Positions 41,541 to 52,254 are shown, counted from the first letter of the stretch. The stretch is 64,000 bases of DNA from Candidatus Bathyarchaeota archaeon (GCA_963815095.1 CAWFFH010000003.1:256001-320000); one strand, 5' to 3'. Made by a program: numbers and translations. The notes: generated by a model not told the origin, from the letters alone.

Positions 41541-42410
41541 CTATTTTTTGAAACTTAACGACGCATATCCTACTACACTTGAGTGGTCGCCTGTGATATC
41601 GCCACTGTTGTGGTAGCTCAAAAGCTGAGCTTTAGCCATCACGCCTTGAGCATAAGTGATTAAAGAGGTAATCGGTGCGTAACCGCATGCCGTTATGTTT
41701 TGGGTTTCAACGGTTTGGTAGAAACGTTTGGCATCCATATCGGTGACTGCCTTGAGGGCGGCTTGATCTTTTGTGGCTGCCGCTTTGGCGGGTTCATAAT
41801 GGGTCATGTCAGAAGAAGCAATTACCACGGTATTTGTCTCGTTTAATGCTTCCACTAGGGCACGCCCAACTTCGAGGGCTGATTCGTAATCCTGCATCAA
41901 ATAGCAGATGGGTACAATTTTGAATGTGTTACCATAGAGGAATTGTAGAAATGGCAGTTCCACCTCGATTGAGTGCTCGTAACGGTGTGCGACTTCATCG
42001 ACATCTACGATTTTAGTTTCACGCAATATCGAATCAGCCAACCCAGAATCTACTTCCACATCTCCAAGTGGTGTACGCCAGATGCCTTCACGCATTAAAG
42101 CTAAAGCGCTGCCGTAGCCAGTATGGTTGGGACCTAAAAGCACAACTGTATCAGGTTTGCCATCGATAGCTAATTCATAAAAAGCATGTGCCGCTACGGG
42201 ACCAGAATAAACGTAGCCCGCGTGGGGACAAATTAAACCCACAATGTTTCGTGGGTAACTATGAAAATTAACTTTGGGAAGTTTTCTTGGACCGAGCTGG
42301 TGGAGAAAACAAGAGGTAATTTGTGCTCTAAGCGCTTCGGCGTCGCCCTCATAAAATTGAGAAGCAACTGTTGGACGCCGAATAGTGGGCAAAAATTTAG
42401 GGCTCCTCAT
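41541..42410 (-). CDS. MEMO1 family protein (AmmeMemoRadiSam protein B)
   Basis: PHAGYVYSG, GPNHTG, WRTPLG, EHSIEV.LPFLQ, ASSDMTHY, CG. Confidence 0.93.
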   Translation of the reverse strand: MRSPKFLPTIRRPTVASQFYEGDAEALRAQITSCFLHQLGPRKLPKVNFHSYPRNIVGLICPHAGYVYSGPVAAHAFYELAIDGKPDTVVLLGPNHTGYGSALALMREGIWRTPLGDVEVDSGLADSILRETKIVDVDEVAHRYEHSIEVELPFLQFLYGNTFKIVPICYLMQDYESALEVGRALVEALNETNTVVIASSDMTHYEPAKAAATKDQAALKAVTDMDAKRFYQTVETQNITACGYAPITSLITYAQGVMAKAQLLSYHNSGDITGDHSSVVGYASLSFKK

Positions 42411-43182
42411 CCTCTTCGCGTGTCACTTTGGCTTCGAAGTCTTCGATGGTTACTGGCGGGTCTTTGTCTGGGCCAAGTTCGCCGCGTTCTCTAAGTACTT
42501 GTCGTGCAAGTAGCCAGAAGACTACTGCTAATGCTCTTCTGCCTTTGTTGTTGGTTGGGATAACTAGGTCTACACCTGCAAATTCGTTGTCGGTGCTGCA
42601 TAAGGCTACGATTGGTATTCCTACTTTTGATGCTTCTTTGACTGCTTGTGCGTCTGCTCTTGGGTCACATACAAGGATGATTTCGGGGTCGATTCTGCTT
42701 GAGTATTGTGGGTTGGAGAGTTGTCCGGGGATGAATCTGCCGATTAGTGGGGTTGCGCCTGTTAGTTTGCAGAACATTTTGACTGGTTCGTGAGCATAAA
42801 GTCTTGTTGCTGCTATGGCTACGCGTGCTGGTTCGTAGCGTGAGAGGAATTTTCCTGTAACTCTAATGCGGTCGTCTGTTTTTTTAACGTCTAAAACGAA
42901 TAAGCCGTCTGGGCGTACTCGGTAGATGAATGGTTCCATGTCGAGGGTTTTCATTCGGGTGCCGATGTGGATACCCGCGGACAGTAGAGTGTCTCGTGGT
43001 AATAGAAGGGTTTCTTCTGGAGCTTGAGCTTCGGAAGTTTCTTCTTCGCCTTCTGCTTCTTCTGCGGAGTCTGTGCTAACTTCTTCAGTTGCTTCTTCTT
43101 CCATAGGAGCCTCTACTTCTTCAGGTTCCTCTGGTTGTTGGTCGTCAACTGGTAGATTTTCTTTTCCTACATCTTCAGACAT
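42397..43182 (-). CDS. rps2: 30S ribosomal protein uS2 with acidic N-terminal extension
   Basis: AGIHIGT, FIYRVRPDGL, GRFIPG, DLVIPTNNKGRRAL. Confidence 0.97.
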   Translation of the reverse strand: MSEDVGKENLPVDDQQPEEPEEVEAPMEEEATEEVSTDSAEEAEGEEETSEAQAPEETLLLPRDTLLSAGIHIGTRMKTLDMEPFIYRVRPDGLFVLDVKKTDDRIRVTGKFLSRYEPARVAIAATRLYAHEPVKMFCKLTGATPLIGRFIPGQLSNPQYSSRIDPEIILVCDPRADAQAVKEASKVGIPIVALCSTDNEFAGVDLVIPTNNKGRRALAVVFWLLARQVLRERGELGPDKDPPVTIEDFEAKVTREEDEEP

Positions 43183-43200
43183 TATGTTTCATCTTCTCTT

Positions 43201-44472
43201 TTAGCGTATTTTTAGGTCAGCCATTTTGGCTCTGTTACCCAGGAAATGTTCAATGCGGATGAGCTCGTTTAGTTTGGCTATGCGTGCGCCCTCAACTACG
43301 CCTGTTTTGATTAGGGGGCATTTGTAGGCTACAGCCAAATGAGCTATGTGCCAATCGCAAGTATCACCTGAACGGTGAGATACAACCGCGTCGTAACCGT
43401 GCCTTTGCGCCATTTCGATTGTTTCAGTTGCATCAGTTAAGGTGCCTATCTGGTTGACTTTTATGATGATGGCGTTTCCAGCGTTAATCTTAATTCCATT
43501 ATTTAACCTTTCAGTATTAGTTGTGAATAAATCGTCTCCGCAGATCAAACAATTCTTGGCTTTACGAGTTAATTCGGCGAAGCTGTCGAAGTCATCCTCA
43601 TTGAATGGGTCTTCAACGTAGGTAAGATGGTACTTCTCGATTAACTCTAACATAAACTCAAGCTGCTCAGCAGTGTCCAGTTTCTTGCCCAGATTCTCGT
43701 AAACGTATTTTTCTTCTTTCGGCTTCCAGAATGAGGAAGAAGCCACATCAAGGCCAAAGCCGCATTCAAAATCCATTTCGTTGCCGACTTCTTCACAGGC
43801 TTTTGCAATAACCTCAAAAGCGTCCACAGTGTCGATGTTAGCTATCCAGGCACCTTCATCGCTTTTTCCGCCATTAAAAGTTGTGCTTTTCTTTTTTAGT
43901 GCATCGCCGATTTTTTTGTGGATTTGGGTATTGGCAGTTTGTGCTTCCAAAAAACTATCTGCACCATGGGGTAACGCCAAATATTCTTGGATATCAGGTG
44001 CTTTTCCACGAGCATGTGCTCCGCCGCTAATGCAATTACCCAATGGATAAGGCATAGTATTTGCGGCATTTCCTCCAAGAAACTGGAATAATAAGAGACT
44101 ATGAGAATTTGCTGCCGCCTCTGCATTGGCAAGGCTAATAGCAAAAGCGGTATTTCCGCCGATGTTCTTAAAATCAGTGGTGCCATCGATTTCGTGGAGG
44201 GTATTGTCGATTTCTTCTTGGAAATCCGCATTGAGCCCTGCAAGTTCAGGAGCAATCAAATCATCAACTTTTTTTATGGCTGCTTCCACGCCGCCCTGCG
44301 GATAATAAACTACTTCAGCTTTTCCTTTGCTTTTGCCTGCTGGAGCAGCAGATCTTCCGAATCCGGAAGAAGTGATTACATCGACCTCTATGGTTTCTTC
44401 TCCACGATTGTTGAAAATTTTTCTAGCAATGAGGTCCTCAATAATGGATGACACGGGGTAGTTAAACCTCAA
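43201..44472 (-). CDS. eno: Enolase
   Basis: GGAHA, IQEY, DEG, LDVASS, VEDPF, GDDLF.TN, KVNQIGTL, SHRSGDT, IKTG. Confidence 0.96.
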   Translation of the reverse strand: MRFNYPVSSIIEDLIARKIFNNRGEETIEVDVITSSGFGRSAAPAGKSKGKAEVVYYPQGGVEAAIKKVDDLIAPELAGLNADFQEEIDNTLHEIDGTTDFKNIGGNTAFAISLANAEAAANSHSLLLFQFLGGNAANTMPYPLGNCISGGAHARGKAPDIQEYLALPHGADSFLEAQTANTQIHKKIGDALKKKSTTFNGGKSDEGAWIANIDTVDAFEVIAKACEEVGNEMDFECGFGLDVASSSFWKPKEEKYVYENLGKKLDTAEQLEFMLELIEKYHLTYVEDPFNEDDFDSFAELTRKAKNCLICGDDLFTTNTERLNNGIKINAGNAIIIKVNQIGTLTDATETIEMAQRHGYDAVVSHRSGDTCDWHIAHLAVAYKCPLIKTGVVEGARIAKLNELIRIEHFLGNRAKMADLKIR

Positions 44473-44782
44473 GTGGCTATACTTTTGTCACGCACTTATT
44501 TTAGGTTTCGGAAAGCTGAACCATACGCTTCGATGTTAGGAGAGGTCTTTAAGGTCGTCTATTGTTGGGCGTTTTGTGTTTTGTGACTCATTGAAATGGA
44601 ATTTAGATCGTTTTATTTTTTCAAAACTTTCATACAGAAAAAATTTGAGCAGTAGGTCACTAACGACGATTTCAAAGTTATTAAAATGCTAAAAAATAAA
44701 CGAGAATCATCAATTAATAAGGTTGCTTCAAAAGAACGTTTTTATCTAATAGCTCGATAGCTACTTTCAAGGTGAAAAGTTA

Positions 44783-45724
44783 ATGGGTAAAGGTTCAGGG
44801 TTTGGAAAAGTAATTTTGTTCGGCGAACATTTCGTAGTTCACGGTGTACCGGGCATTGTTTCAGCTATTGACTCCACAACTGATGCGGAAGTCAAAAAGG
44901 CATCTAAAGGAATTAATGTCAAAGACGAACGCAAAACCGCTAAAGGCTACAGTGAAGAAAAACGGCTCCAGCAAATTGAGTCCATCGATAGAATGCTAAG
45001 AGCCATGGGAGTTGATCCCAAAATCGCTTTGGACATTTGGATAGGTGGAACCCTTCCAGGCTTCAGTGGTCTTGGGGCTTCGGCTGCGAGCAGCGTTGCC
45101 ATCGCACGTGCCATCGCCCAAGAATTGAGCATGAAAATTTCGGAAGAAAAAATTAATCAGGCTGCTTACGAAGCTGAGAAAGCCTATGCTGGCAACCCTT
45201 CAGGCATAGACAACACGGCAGCCACCTACGGAGGGCTCATGTGGTTTAGGAAAAACATGGGTGGCGGACAAGACCTGGTTGAACGCTTAGCCATAGAGTC
45301 GCCAGTTGAAATTGTCATAGGCAGCACAGGCAAAGTTGCCAATACCAAAGGTATGGTTGAAGGCGTAGCAGAACGCAAAAACAAAAATCCCCAAAAATAC
45401 AATCCACTCTTCAAACGAGCCGAAGAACTTGCTTATGAAGGCAGAGCAGCATTGGAATTCTATAACCTCAAAAAAGTCGGTGAACTCATGAACGAAAACC
45501 ACCGCTTACTCCAAGAAATCGAGGTTTCAAGCAAAGAACTCGATTTACTAGTGGATGTAGCACGAAAACAAGGTGCAATAGGTGCAAAGCTTACTGGCGG
45601 TGGAGGTGGCGGATGCATGGTTGCGTTGACCCCCGGTAAAGAGCTACAAACTAAAGTTGAAACGGCCATTAAAGGCTTGGGCTTTGAAGTCTTAAGCACC
45701 AAAATAGGGGTCCAAACACACTGA
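44783..45724 (+). CDS. mvk: Mevalonate kinase
   Basis: GKVILFGEHFVVHG, P..SGLGASAA, GNPSGID, GAKLTGGGGGG. Confidence 0.93.
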   Translation: MGKGSGFGKVILFGEHFVVHGVPGIVSAIDSTTDAEVKKASKGINVKDERKTAKGYSEEKRLQQIESIDRMLRAMGVDPKIALDIWIGGTLPGFSGLGASAASSVAIARAIAQELSMKISEEKINQAAYEAEKAYAGNPSGIDNTAATYGGLMWFRKNMGGGQDLVERLAIESPVEIVIGSTGKVANTKGMVEGVAERKNKNPQKYNPLFKRAEELAYEGRAALEFYNLKKVGELMNENHRLLQEIEVSSKELDLLVDVARKQGAIGAKLTGGGGGGCMVALTPGKELQTKVETAIKGLGFEVLSTKIGVQTH

Positions 45725-45907
45725 TTGAAAGAGGGCTTATTTAGCTCTCTAAACTTTCATCGAACTTTTGAAAAATTTCTTTGCCAACTAACATGATACA
45801 AAATTCATTCAAATTATTTTGCCACAATGAATTATTTATCCTGAAAAAATAAGCCTATTTGAGGTCGCTTAACTTACAAGTACAACTTTTTTACTAATAT
45901 TCATCGC

Positions 45908-47224
45908 TTATTCGACAATTAATACTTTCTTTTCTAAAAGCCGCCTTATAGTAGGCAATACCTCTTTGGCTGACACCTCAATTAAAAGTTCATCAAACTC
46001 GTCAGGTTCTTGAATTTGTGACGCCCCAGAAATTCTTGAGTTTAGAGCCTTTGCTATGGTGGTTTCTCCATCCAAAAGTTTTATCAACTCGGTGATGTCT
46101 GAGGGAATCTCCATTTCGAAGCCGTCATGAAAGTTTACAGTAACGACATCGTTAGGCAAACTGTATTTTTGAAGGGAAACTTTGCTGGACAGCTTGGGCT
46201 TTAACTGTAGCAGTTCTTTATCTTGAGGTTCCGAAATTGAAAGCCCTAACTCTTCACATTTTGCTTCAGCAAATCCAATGCAACCACCTTGACACCGCTC
46301 CTTTCTTCCATGTTCACAAGAATCACATTCTTTTAAGGGATAATACTTGAATTGGTACAACCTACTCATCTGTTGATAGTAATCAAAGATTTCTCCCAGA
46401 GAGCCAAAGTCGTCGAGTTTTTTGTTGAAAAGCTTGGATGTTCCAAAGCACCTCCAAACTGAGAGATCAGGACCAATATCGATTGCTGGATTGCAGACAA
46501 AGTTTCGTTGAGGCGAAACAACTTGTTTGACCAATAGTTCAGATAATTCTTGGGGTGTAAACATACATATTGGTACGGCGTTGTCCATTCCAACCGATGC
46601 ACCCAATTCTTCTGCCCTATGAGTGAAATCCATAATGTATCCGGCAGTTTGTTTGTAGTCCTCAATGGGAAGGTATGTGTTTGTTTTTCCTTCAAACTTA
46701 ACGGGCATCGAAAAACTTAACCGAATATTCTTAAAACCAAACTTTGCAACGAGGTCAAAAATATAGTTGTAATCGGGTTTTTTTTCGAATAAGTTAAAAC
46801 TTATTGTTATATTTCCACGTTTGCTAAGAAACGCAAGGTTCTCCTCAAGTTTTTTTTGTTCGGCGCTGTTGTACATTTTAGGGTGGTCAATGTTTAGTAG
46901 AAATCCAAGGGAAGTCGGCGATATTTTATCAAAGAAAGCGTTTAACTCGGGGTTCCATAAAGCGTTTGTCAAGAGGTTAACTCTAAGGCCATTTTTTAGT
47001 ACAAGCTTCACTATCTCCGTGAATTTAGAATGAATTGTAGGTTCGCCGCCAGCTAATTGAATAGCGTCGCAGTGAGTTTTAGAAAGAAAAGCAAGAACCT
47101 TTTCCACGTTTTCGAGACTAATTTCTGTCACGGCTTCTCTACTTTGATAAGAATGGAGTTTTTCTTTAGCGAAACAATAGTTACATGCGCGGTTACAACG
47201 CATCGTTATTAAAAGATTAACCAA
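45908..47224 (-). CDS. Radical SAM/SPASM protein with C-terminal PqqD/RRE-like domain
   Basis: CNRACNYC, GGEPT, TN; C.....IGPD..V..C and CDSC......CQGGC; C-terminal LIKLLDGETTI...IRRLLEKKVL. Confidence 0.88.
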   Translation of the reverse strand: MVNLLITMRCNRACNYCFAKEKLHSYQSREAVTEISLENVEKVLAFLSKTHCDAIQLAGGEPTIHSKFTEIVKLVLKNGLRVNLLTNALWNPELNAFFDKISPTSLGFLLNIDHPKMYNSAEQKKLEENLAFLSKRGNITISFNLFEKKPDYNYIFDLVAKFGFKNIRLSFSMPVKFEGKTNTYLPIEDYKQTAGYIMDFTHRAEELGASVGMDNAVPICMFTPQELSELLVKQVVSPQRNFVCNPAIDIGPDLSVWRCFGTSKLFNKKLDDFGSLGEIFDYYQQMSRLYQFKYYPLKECDSCEHGRKERCQGGCIGFAEAKCEELGLSISEPQDKELLQLKPKLSSKVSLQKYSLPNDVVTVNFHDGFEMEIPSDITELIKLLDGETTIAKALNSRISGASQIQEPDEFDELLIEVSAKEVLPTIRRLLEKKVLIVE

Positions 47225-47271
47225 AGGGATACCTTTTAAAATCTAGATAGAAAAAAATAAGGCAATTTGCC

Positions 47272-47628
47272 TTATCTTTGTTTTTCTTTTAGAATTGCGC
47301 CCACTGTTTGGTTCAGGTCGGGAGCAGAATACAGAATCCAATTTATCTTCGTCAGGTAGCTGTATTTCAATACGTTTCTGATTTCACCTAGCGTCCATTG
47401 ATTCAAAACGGGATCAATAGGATAGAATATTGGTCCAGGTGGAAGCCTTACGTCGTTTAAGGAATCAATGAATGAGGCAGCTTTCTTTATTTTTTCAAGA
47501 TGCTCTGGCTTTAATTTTACGTTGTATTCTTTTGCTACAGCTTCGGGGTTTTCTAGGAATTTAATTCTAAAAGCTCTGTCTTTGGTTGCACAGAGAAGCA
47601 TATATCTTAGGTTTTTATCTTCGCTCAA
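47272..47628 (-). CDS. Putative RiPP precursor with NHLP/Nif11-like leader
   Basis: A..DRAFR.KFLENPEAVAKEYNV.L..EHL leader pattern; 47 bp upstream of the rSAM gene, same strand. Confidence 0.7.
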   Translation of the reverse strand: MSEDKNLRYMLLCATKDRAFRIKFLENPEAVAKEYNVKLKPEHLEKIKKAASFIDSLNDVRLPPGPIFYPIDPVLNQWTLGEIRNVLKYSYLTKINWILYSAPDLNQTVGAILKEKQR

Positions 47629-48357
47629 AAAAATCTACCTATCAAACTTATGGTAAACATTGAATATATAGGTTTAGTAACACTCCAGACTTAACAGTAC
47701 CTAGCAAGCGTTTGCTATCCTTTAGCCAATACCAGAGTTGAACTCCAATTTTGCATCATCCAGCCCAGTTTATTCCTTTCGACATCTCACTTCGTTCAGC
47801 AAATTTTCTTCGTGAGCTATTGAACCTGTAATTTAGGCTTTTTGATTCTTGTTTCTTAGTTTTAGCTTTAATATTCTGCTCTTGAAAGCTGATAACTCAC
47901 TTAAGTTCTGAAGTAATACCATGAAAAAATAAAGAACCGGTAACTAAAGAAAAATTTACGAAGCATTTCATCGGTCACTAACAGAAGAAGCTTATATAAA
48001 TTACTGGTAAAGCACTTGTATTTGTCAGACAACGAAGAGTTTGGCTACATAGCACCGTAACGATTTTACAGCCAAATGAAACCATGATCCTTCCAGGCTC
48101 TATTTTTCATATTTAGCCTATTTCTTATTCCATTTTTAATTAATAAGCTCAAATTATCGTAAGAAATTTTGCTTACTGCCAAAAATTTAGTTTTAAATTC
48201 CACATAAACTGATTAGACTAGACTTAGAATGGAATGCGCGATTACATTTTAAACGAATTATGATTTGTAGCTGCAATTATGTAGTCACATACCTTGAAAT
48301 ATCGAACAATTAGTAACAATCAATTGCTGCTTAGGTAGCGAATAAAAGGATGATAAA

Positions 48358-48957
48358 ATGAGAAAATTAACTGTATTAACTTTTGTTACACTCGACGGAA
48401 TCATGCAGGCTCCAGGAGGGCCAAAAGAGGATACCAGTGGAGATTTCAAGTACGGTGGATGGTCGGTTGGTTATTGGGATGATTTCTTAGGCAAAGTCAT
48501 GGAAACGCAAATGGCAAAACCGTTTGATCTTCTTCTTGGCCGCAAAACTTACGAAATTTTCGCGGATTACTGGCCAAAGTCAAAGGAACCTGAAGCCGAA
48601 AAACTCAATGCAGCTAAAAAATATGTTGTCTCTACGACCCTTGGCGACCTCTCTTGGAATAATTCTACTTTAATTACAGGTGACGCTGTCGATGAAATTA
48701 GGAAACTCAAGGGCCAAGAAGGACCTGAGATACAGGTTCATGGTAGCTCCAACCTTATCCAAACACTCCTAAAGAATGATTTTGTTGATGAGTTCCGCTT
48801 GAAGATATTCCCCATCACGATTGGCACAGGTAAACGTCTTTTCGGAGATGGCACAATACCAGCTTCATTTAAAACCCAAGAAAGTCAAATTTCAACCACC
48901 GGCGTAATAGTAGCCACATATGTGCGTGATGGAGACATAAAAACGGGGTCCTTTTAG
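48358..48957 (+). CDS. Dihydrofolate reductase/RibD C-terminal family protein
   Basis: TLDG.MQAPGG, LLLGRKTY, VHGS..L, VDEF.L...P...G.GKRLF. Confidence 0.92.
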   Translation: MRKLTVLTFVTLDGIMQAPGGPKEDTSGDFKYGGWSVGYWDDFLGKVMETQMAKPFDLLLGRKTYEIFADYWPKSKEPEAEKLNAAKKYVVSTTLGDLSWNNSTLITGDAVDEIRKLKGQEGPEIQVHGSSNLIQTLLKNDFVDEFRLKIFPITIGTGKRLFGDGTIPASFKTQESQISTTGVIVATYVRDGDIKTGSF

Positions 48958-49028
48958 CGGCTCCAAAAGTGGAATTTTCCTAAAGGAGTTTATCGAACAA
49001 AATACATGAAAAAAATGGTGTAAAAAAG

Positions 49029-49817
49029 ATGAACAAAGTTATCTCAAAAGATGGAACAGAAATTGCATATGACAAACAAGGTCAAGGACCAGCGATCATA
49101 CTCGTCGATGGCGCCCTCAGTTTTCGATCATTCGGACCTATGCCCGAATTAGCTAAATTACTCTCGACAAATTTTACTGTAGTTGACTACGATCGACGGG
49201 GTCGAGGCGAAAGCAGCGACACTAAACCCTTTGCGGTTGAACGTGAAATCGAGGATATCGAAGCATTAATAGAAAATGTTGGGGGGTCGACCTTTTTGTA
49301 TGGCATTTCATCCGGCGCATGTCTGGCAATTGAAGCTGCAATCAAACTCGGCGATAAAGTCAAGAAGTTAGCTCTCTATGAACCTCCATACAAGTCCCGA
49401 GAAAACTCAATCGAAGAATGGGTTCAATACAACCAACGGCTTACGGAGTTCTTGGCGGAGAATCGTAGAGGAGACGCAGTTGTGCTCTTTATGAGCTTTG
49501 TCGGCACGCCTGCCGATCAGGTTGAGGGCATGCGCAAAGCACCAATGTGGTCACTGCTTGAGTCTGTAGCACCTACATTGTTGTATGATGCTGCCGCGAT
49601 GGGTGCAAACCGAAAGGTACCCATTGAACGGGTATTACACATAACCGCTTCAACACTTGTCATGCATGGAGGTGCAGGTTTTCCTTTCATGAAACAGACA
49701 GCACTAACCCTTAGCAAAGCTATTCCAAACGCAAAGTTCCGCACAATCGAAGGTCAAACGCATGCAGTAGCATCTGAAGTCATTACCCCCTTGTTAGTGG
49801 AGTTTTTCAAAAGTTGA
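49029..49817 (+). CDS. Alpha/beta hydrolase
   Basis: SKDGT.IAY, YDRRGRG.S, GISSG nucleophile elbow, GQTH. Confidence 0.92.
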   Translation: MNKVISKDGTEIAYDKQGQGPAIILVDGALSFRSFGPMPELAKLLSTNFTVVDYDRRGRGESSDTKPFAVEREIEDIEALIENVGGSTFLYGISSGACLAIEAAIKLGDKVKKLALYEPPYKSRENSIEEWVQYNQRLTEFLAENRRGDAVVLFMSFVGTPADQVEGMRKAPMWSLLESVAPTLLYDAAAMGANRKVPIERVLHITASTLVMHGGAGFPFMKQTALTLSKAIPNAKFRTIEGQTHAVASEVITPLLVEFFKS

Positions 49818-49966
49818 ACGATAACAATGTTTTGAACCTTGTGTAACTGGGACCCAACGACTACAAACCATTGTATAGTTCAAGGATTGTTATGGTGTTT
49901 GTTAGTTGCATTTCTAAAACAAAATACTATTTACTTTTGAGCCATCCAATATATTTTGCAGATTTT

Positions 49967-50477
49967 ATGAGAGAAATCGAATTTAGAGCAACAGTTCAGT
50001 TAAAACTTCAGAATCCATATGTGCTTGTAAGTAAGCAAAACGCTGAAAGTTTGAAAAATGGCTGGAAGAAACCCATGCCCGTAATTGCTCAAATTAATGG
50101 TATACAGAAAACGTGGAGAATTAATATGATGCCGAAGGGAGACGGCGACTTTTTCCTCTACCTTAATGGAAAAATTCGGAAATCGTCAGGCACAAAAGTC
50201 GGCGATGAAGTTTCGGTGCATTTGAGTTTTGATGATTCATATCAAGGCGGACCAACTCATCCAATGCCCCAATGGTTTAGCGTTCCGCTTTCTAAAAAAC
50301 GGGAAAGCACAAACAGCTTGGAACGATCTCTCTCCAAGCCGCAAAAAAGAGATTCTTCGGTACTTCTCCTGGCTAAAGTCAAACGAAGCACGAGAGCGAA
50401 ATGTCACGCAGGCACTTTTAGTTCTGTCTGGAGACGAAGGTAGATTCATGGGGCGGACGTGGAATAATGGCAAATAA
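49967..50477 (+). pseudogene. DUF1905 plus YdeI/OmdA-like protein frameshifted at an A-run near 50295
   Basis: C-terminal AWNDLSPSRKKEILRY...K....R.RN is in a different frame from the N-terminal domain. Confidence 0.75.
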
Positions 50478-50521
50478 AAAAATAAAGTCGCTATAAGCGG
50501 AGTTTAGCAGATCGCATTTTT

Positions 50522-50926
50522 TTACCAAAAGCCACCTTTAGATGAAACTGTAGCAACAGCTTCCAATGACCCAACGCCTATTGTTCCGAAAGTGAAATTG
50601 TAGTTTCCGCTTGGAAGCGAAATCCAGCCACTATTGTAGCTTTGTTGTTCGCCTTGATCTGCCGAGTGTTCCCAGATTACTTGATCACCGTTTAAGATTT
50701 GTACTCGATAGAGGGCAGCACCGGTTTGTATGGTTACTTGAATCTGGGCTTTGTCGTCTAGGAATGGTTGTTCAAAGGCTATTGTTTTTTTGTCAGCGCC
50801 TACCGTAAATGAAACTTGTGTATTTGCAGTGGTTCTGGGGTAAGTTGTTCCTGCATAGATGGCGAAGACTGCAACCACTATTATGACCATTGAAAATATA
50901 GCGATTATTGATCTTGATTTTCCCAC
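50522..50926 (-). CDS. Membrane-anchored hypothetical beta-sandwich protein
   Basis: N-terminal TM then beta-rich domain. Confidence 0.65.
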   Translation of the reverse strand: MGKSRSIIAIFSMVIIVVAVFAIYAGTTYPRTTANTQVSFTVGADKKTIAFEQPFLDDKAQIQVTIQTGAALYRVQILNGDQVIWEHSADQGEQQSYNSGWISLPSGNYNFTFGTIGVGSLEAVATVSSKGGFW

Positions 50927-51332
50927 TCAAAAAATCTCCATTTTCGTTAATGCAGTCAAATGTTTTCTTCTAAATCACTTCTTATTACATTTACAATTAG
51001 TTAGCCTGATATAACCGATTGTTACTGTAGTGCACCAATCACATATTCTAATGAATTGAGAGTTCTTCTATTTAGTTTGGTGTTTTAATGCCAGTTCCTA
51101 AACCTAAATCGAATGAGTCTGAAAGAGATTATATTTCTAGATGCGAAAAGTTCATGCACGAAGAAAATAATGGCAAACCTGAAGGCGAAAAACGCTCAAA
51201 CGCACAAATTTCAGCCATTTGCTATTCCACTTGGAGAAAAGAAACATAGAACTAAGTCGGCAGATAAGCTAAGTTTTCAAATTAAGGCACCCTTAAATAT
51301 TGGCGCTCGGTAGAACACTAGAGGCTTTTGCT

Positions 51333-51737
51333 ATGGTTTTTGAGGTAACAGTGTCAAATTTACTTTTTACAATAATAAGTTTGATAATTCTTTGGATCGT
51401 GGTTTCTATTCCTGTTTGGTTGGCAGGTAAAGCAATTACAGGTGGAAAAGCAACTTTTGGAGACGCTCTTCTGGCCACTCTAGCTGGGCCCATAGTGTAT
51501 TTTATAGTTACTTTTGTAGTGGACTTCTTCTTGAGTGCAGTAATTGGAACAAGCGCATTTGTTTTTGGATATATACTTGCACTTATAGCATGGGTTTGGG
51601 TTTTCAAAGCTAGTTTCCAAACGGGTTGGATTCGAGCCATATTGATTGCGATCTTGGCATGGGTTATCTTCATAGTCCTAAGCGTTATTGTTGGAGCCCT
51701 ATTCGGAGTGTCTTATCCCTCACCATTCTTCCCATAA
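51333..51737 (+). CDS. Hypothetical 4-TM membrane protein
   Basis: Hydrophobic; K..FQTGW.RA..IAILA. Confidence 0.7.
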   Translation: MVFEVTVSNLLFTIISLIILWIVVSIPVWLAGKAITGGKATFGDALLATLAGPIVYFIVTFVVDFFLSAVIGTSAFVFGYILALIAWVWVFKASFQTGWIRAILIAILAWVIFIVLSVIVGALFGVSYPSPFFP

Positions 51738-51750
51738 CTTTCAAAAATAG

Positions 51751-52047
51751 GTGTTTAGATTGCCGTTTGATGAAAAAGAGATGGATGAAATTTCGGAATT
51801 AAAATCTAAGAAATTTTTGAGTAAAATGGAAAATGGAAAGTTTTATTCAATTGAAGAATTAGCCGAGTTAATTATGAATAAACCACTAACTGAACCACAT
51901 GGAAATAGTCTCCCAGAGATATTGGGGAACACCGTTAAGAACATTTTAGATGTCGCTTATGTCCACTCGGTTATAGAATCGCAGTATGCAGTTGGTAATT
52001 TAAGATTTGGGGAAAAAGACCAAAAACCATATTATTCCAAAGCCTAA
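51751..52047 (+). CDS. Hypothetical protein
   Basis: 98-aa ORF following previous gene. Confidence 0.55.
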   Translation: MFRLPFDEKEMDEISELKSKKFLSKMENGKFYSIEELAELIMNKPLTEPHGNSLPEILGNTVKNILDVAYVHSVIESQYAVGNLRFGEKDQKPYYSKA

Positions 52048-52254
52048 CCAAATCGTTAACTCTAATCCCAACGCCCTTAGATACTCAAAAGAGATGGCCG
52101 TAAAGGCCAAAGAGTATGCTAAAAAATTTCTTGGGTGTGAAGGATTTAAAAGATTCTAAAAAAATTATTATCTTTTCGTTTTAAAGAAGTTCGTTAGACT
52201 TCGTTTGAGACGAATTCCTTCATTTATGGAACCCAGATTTTGGGAAGATATTAG

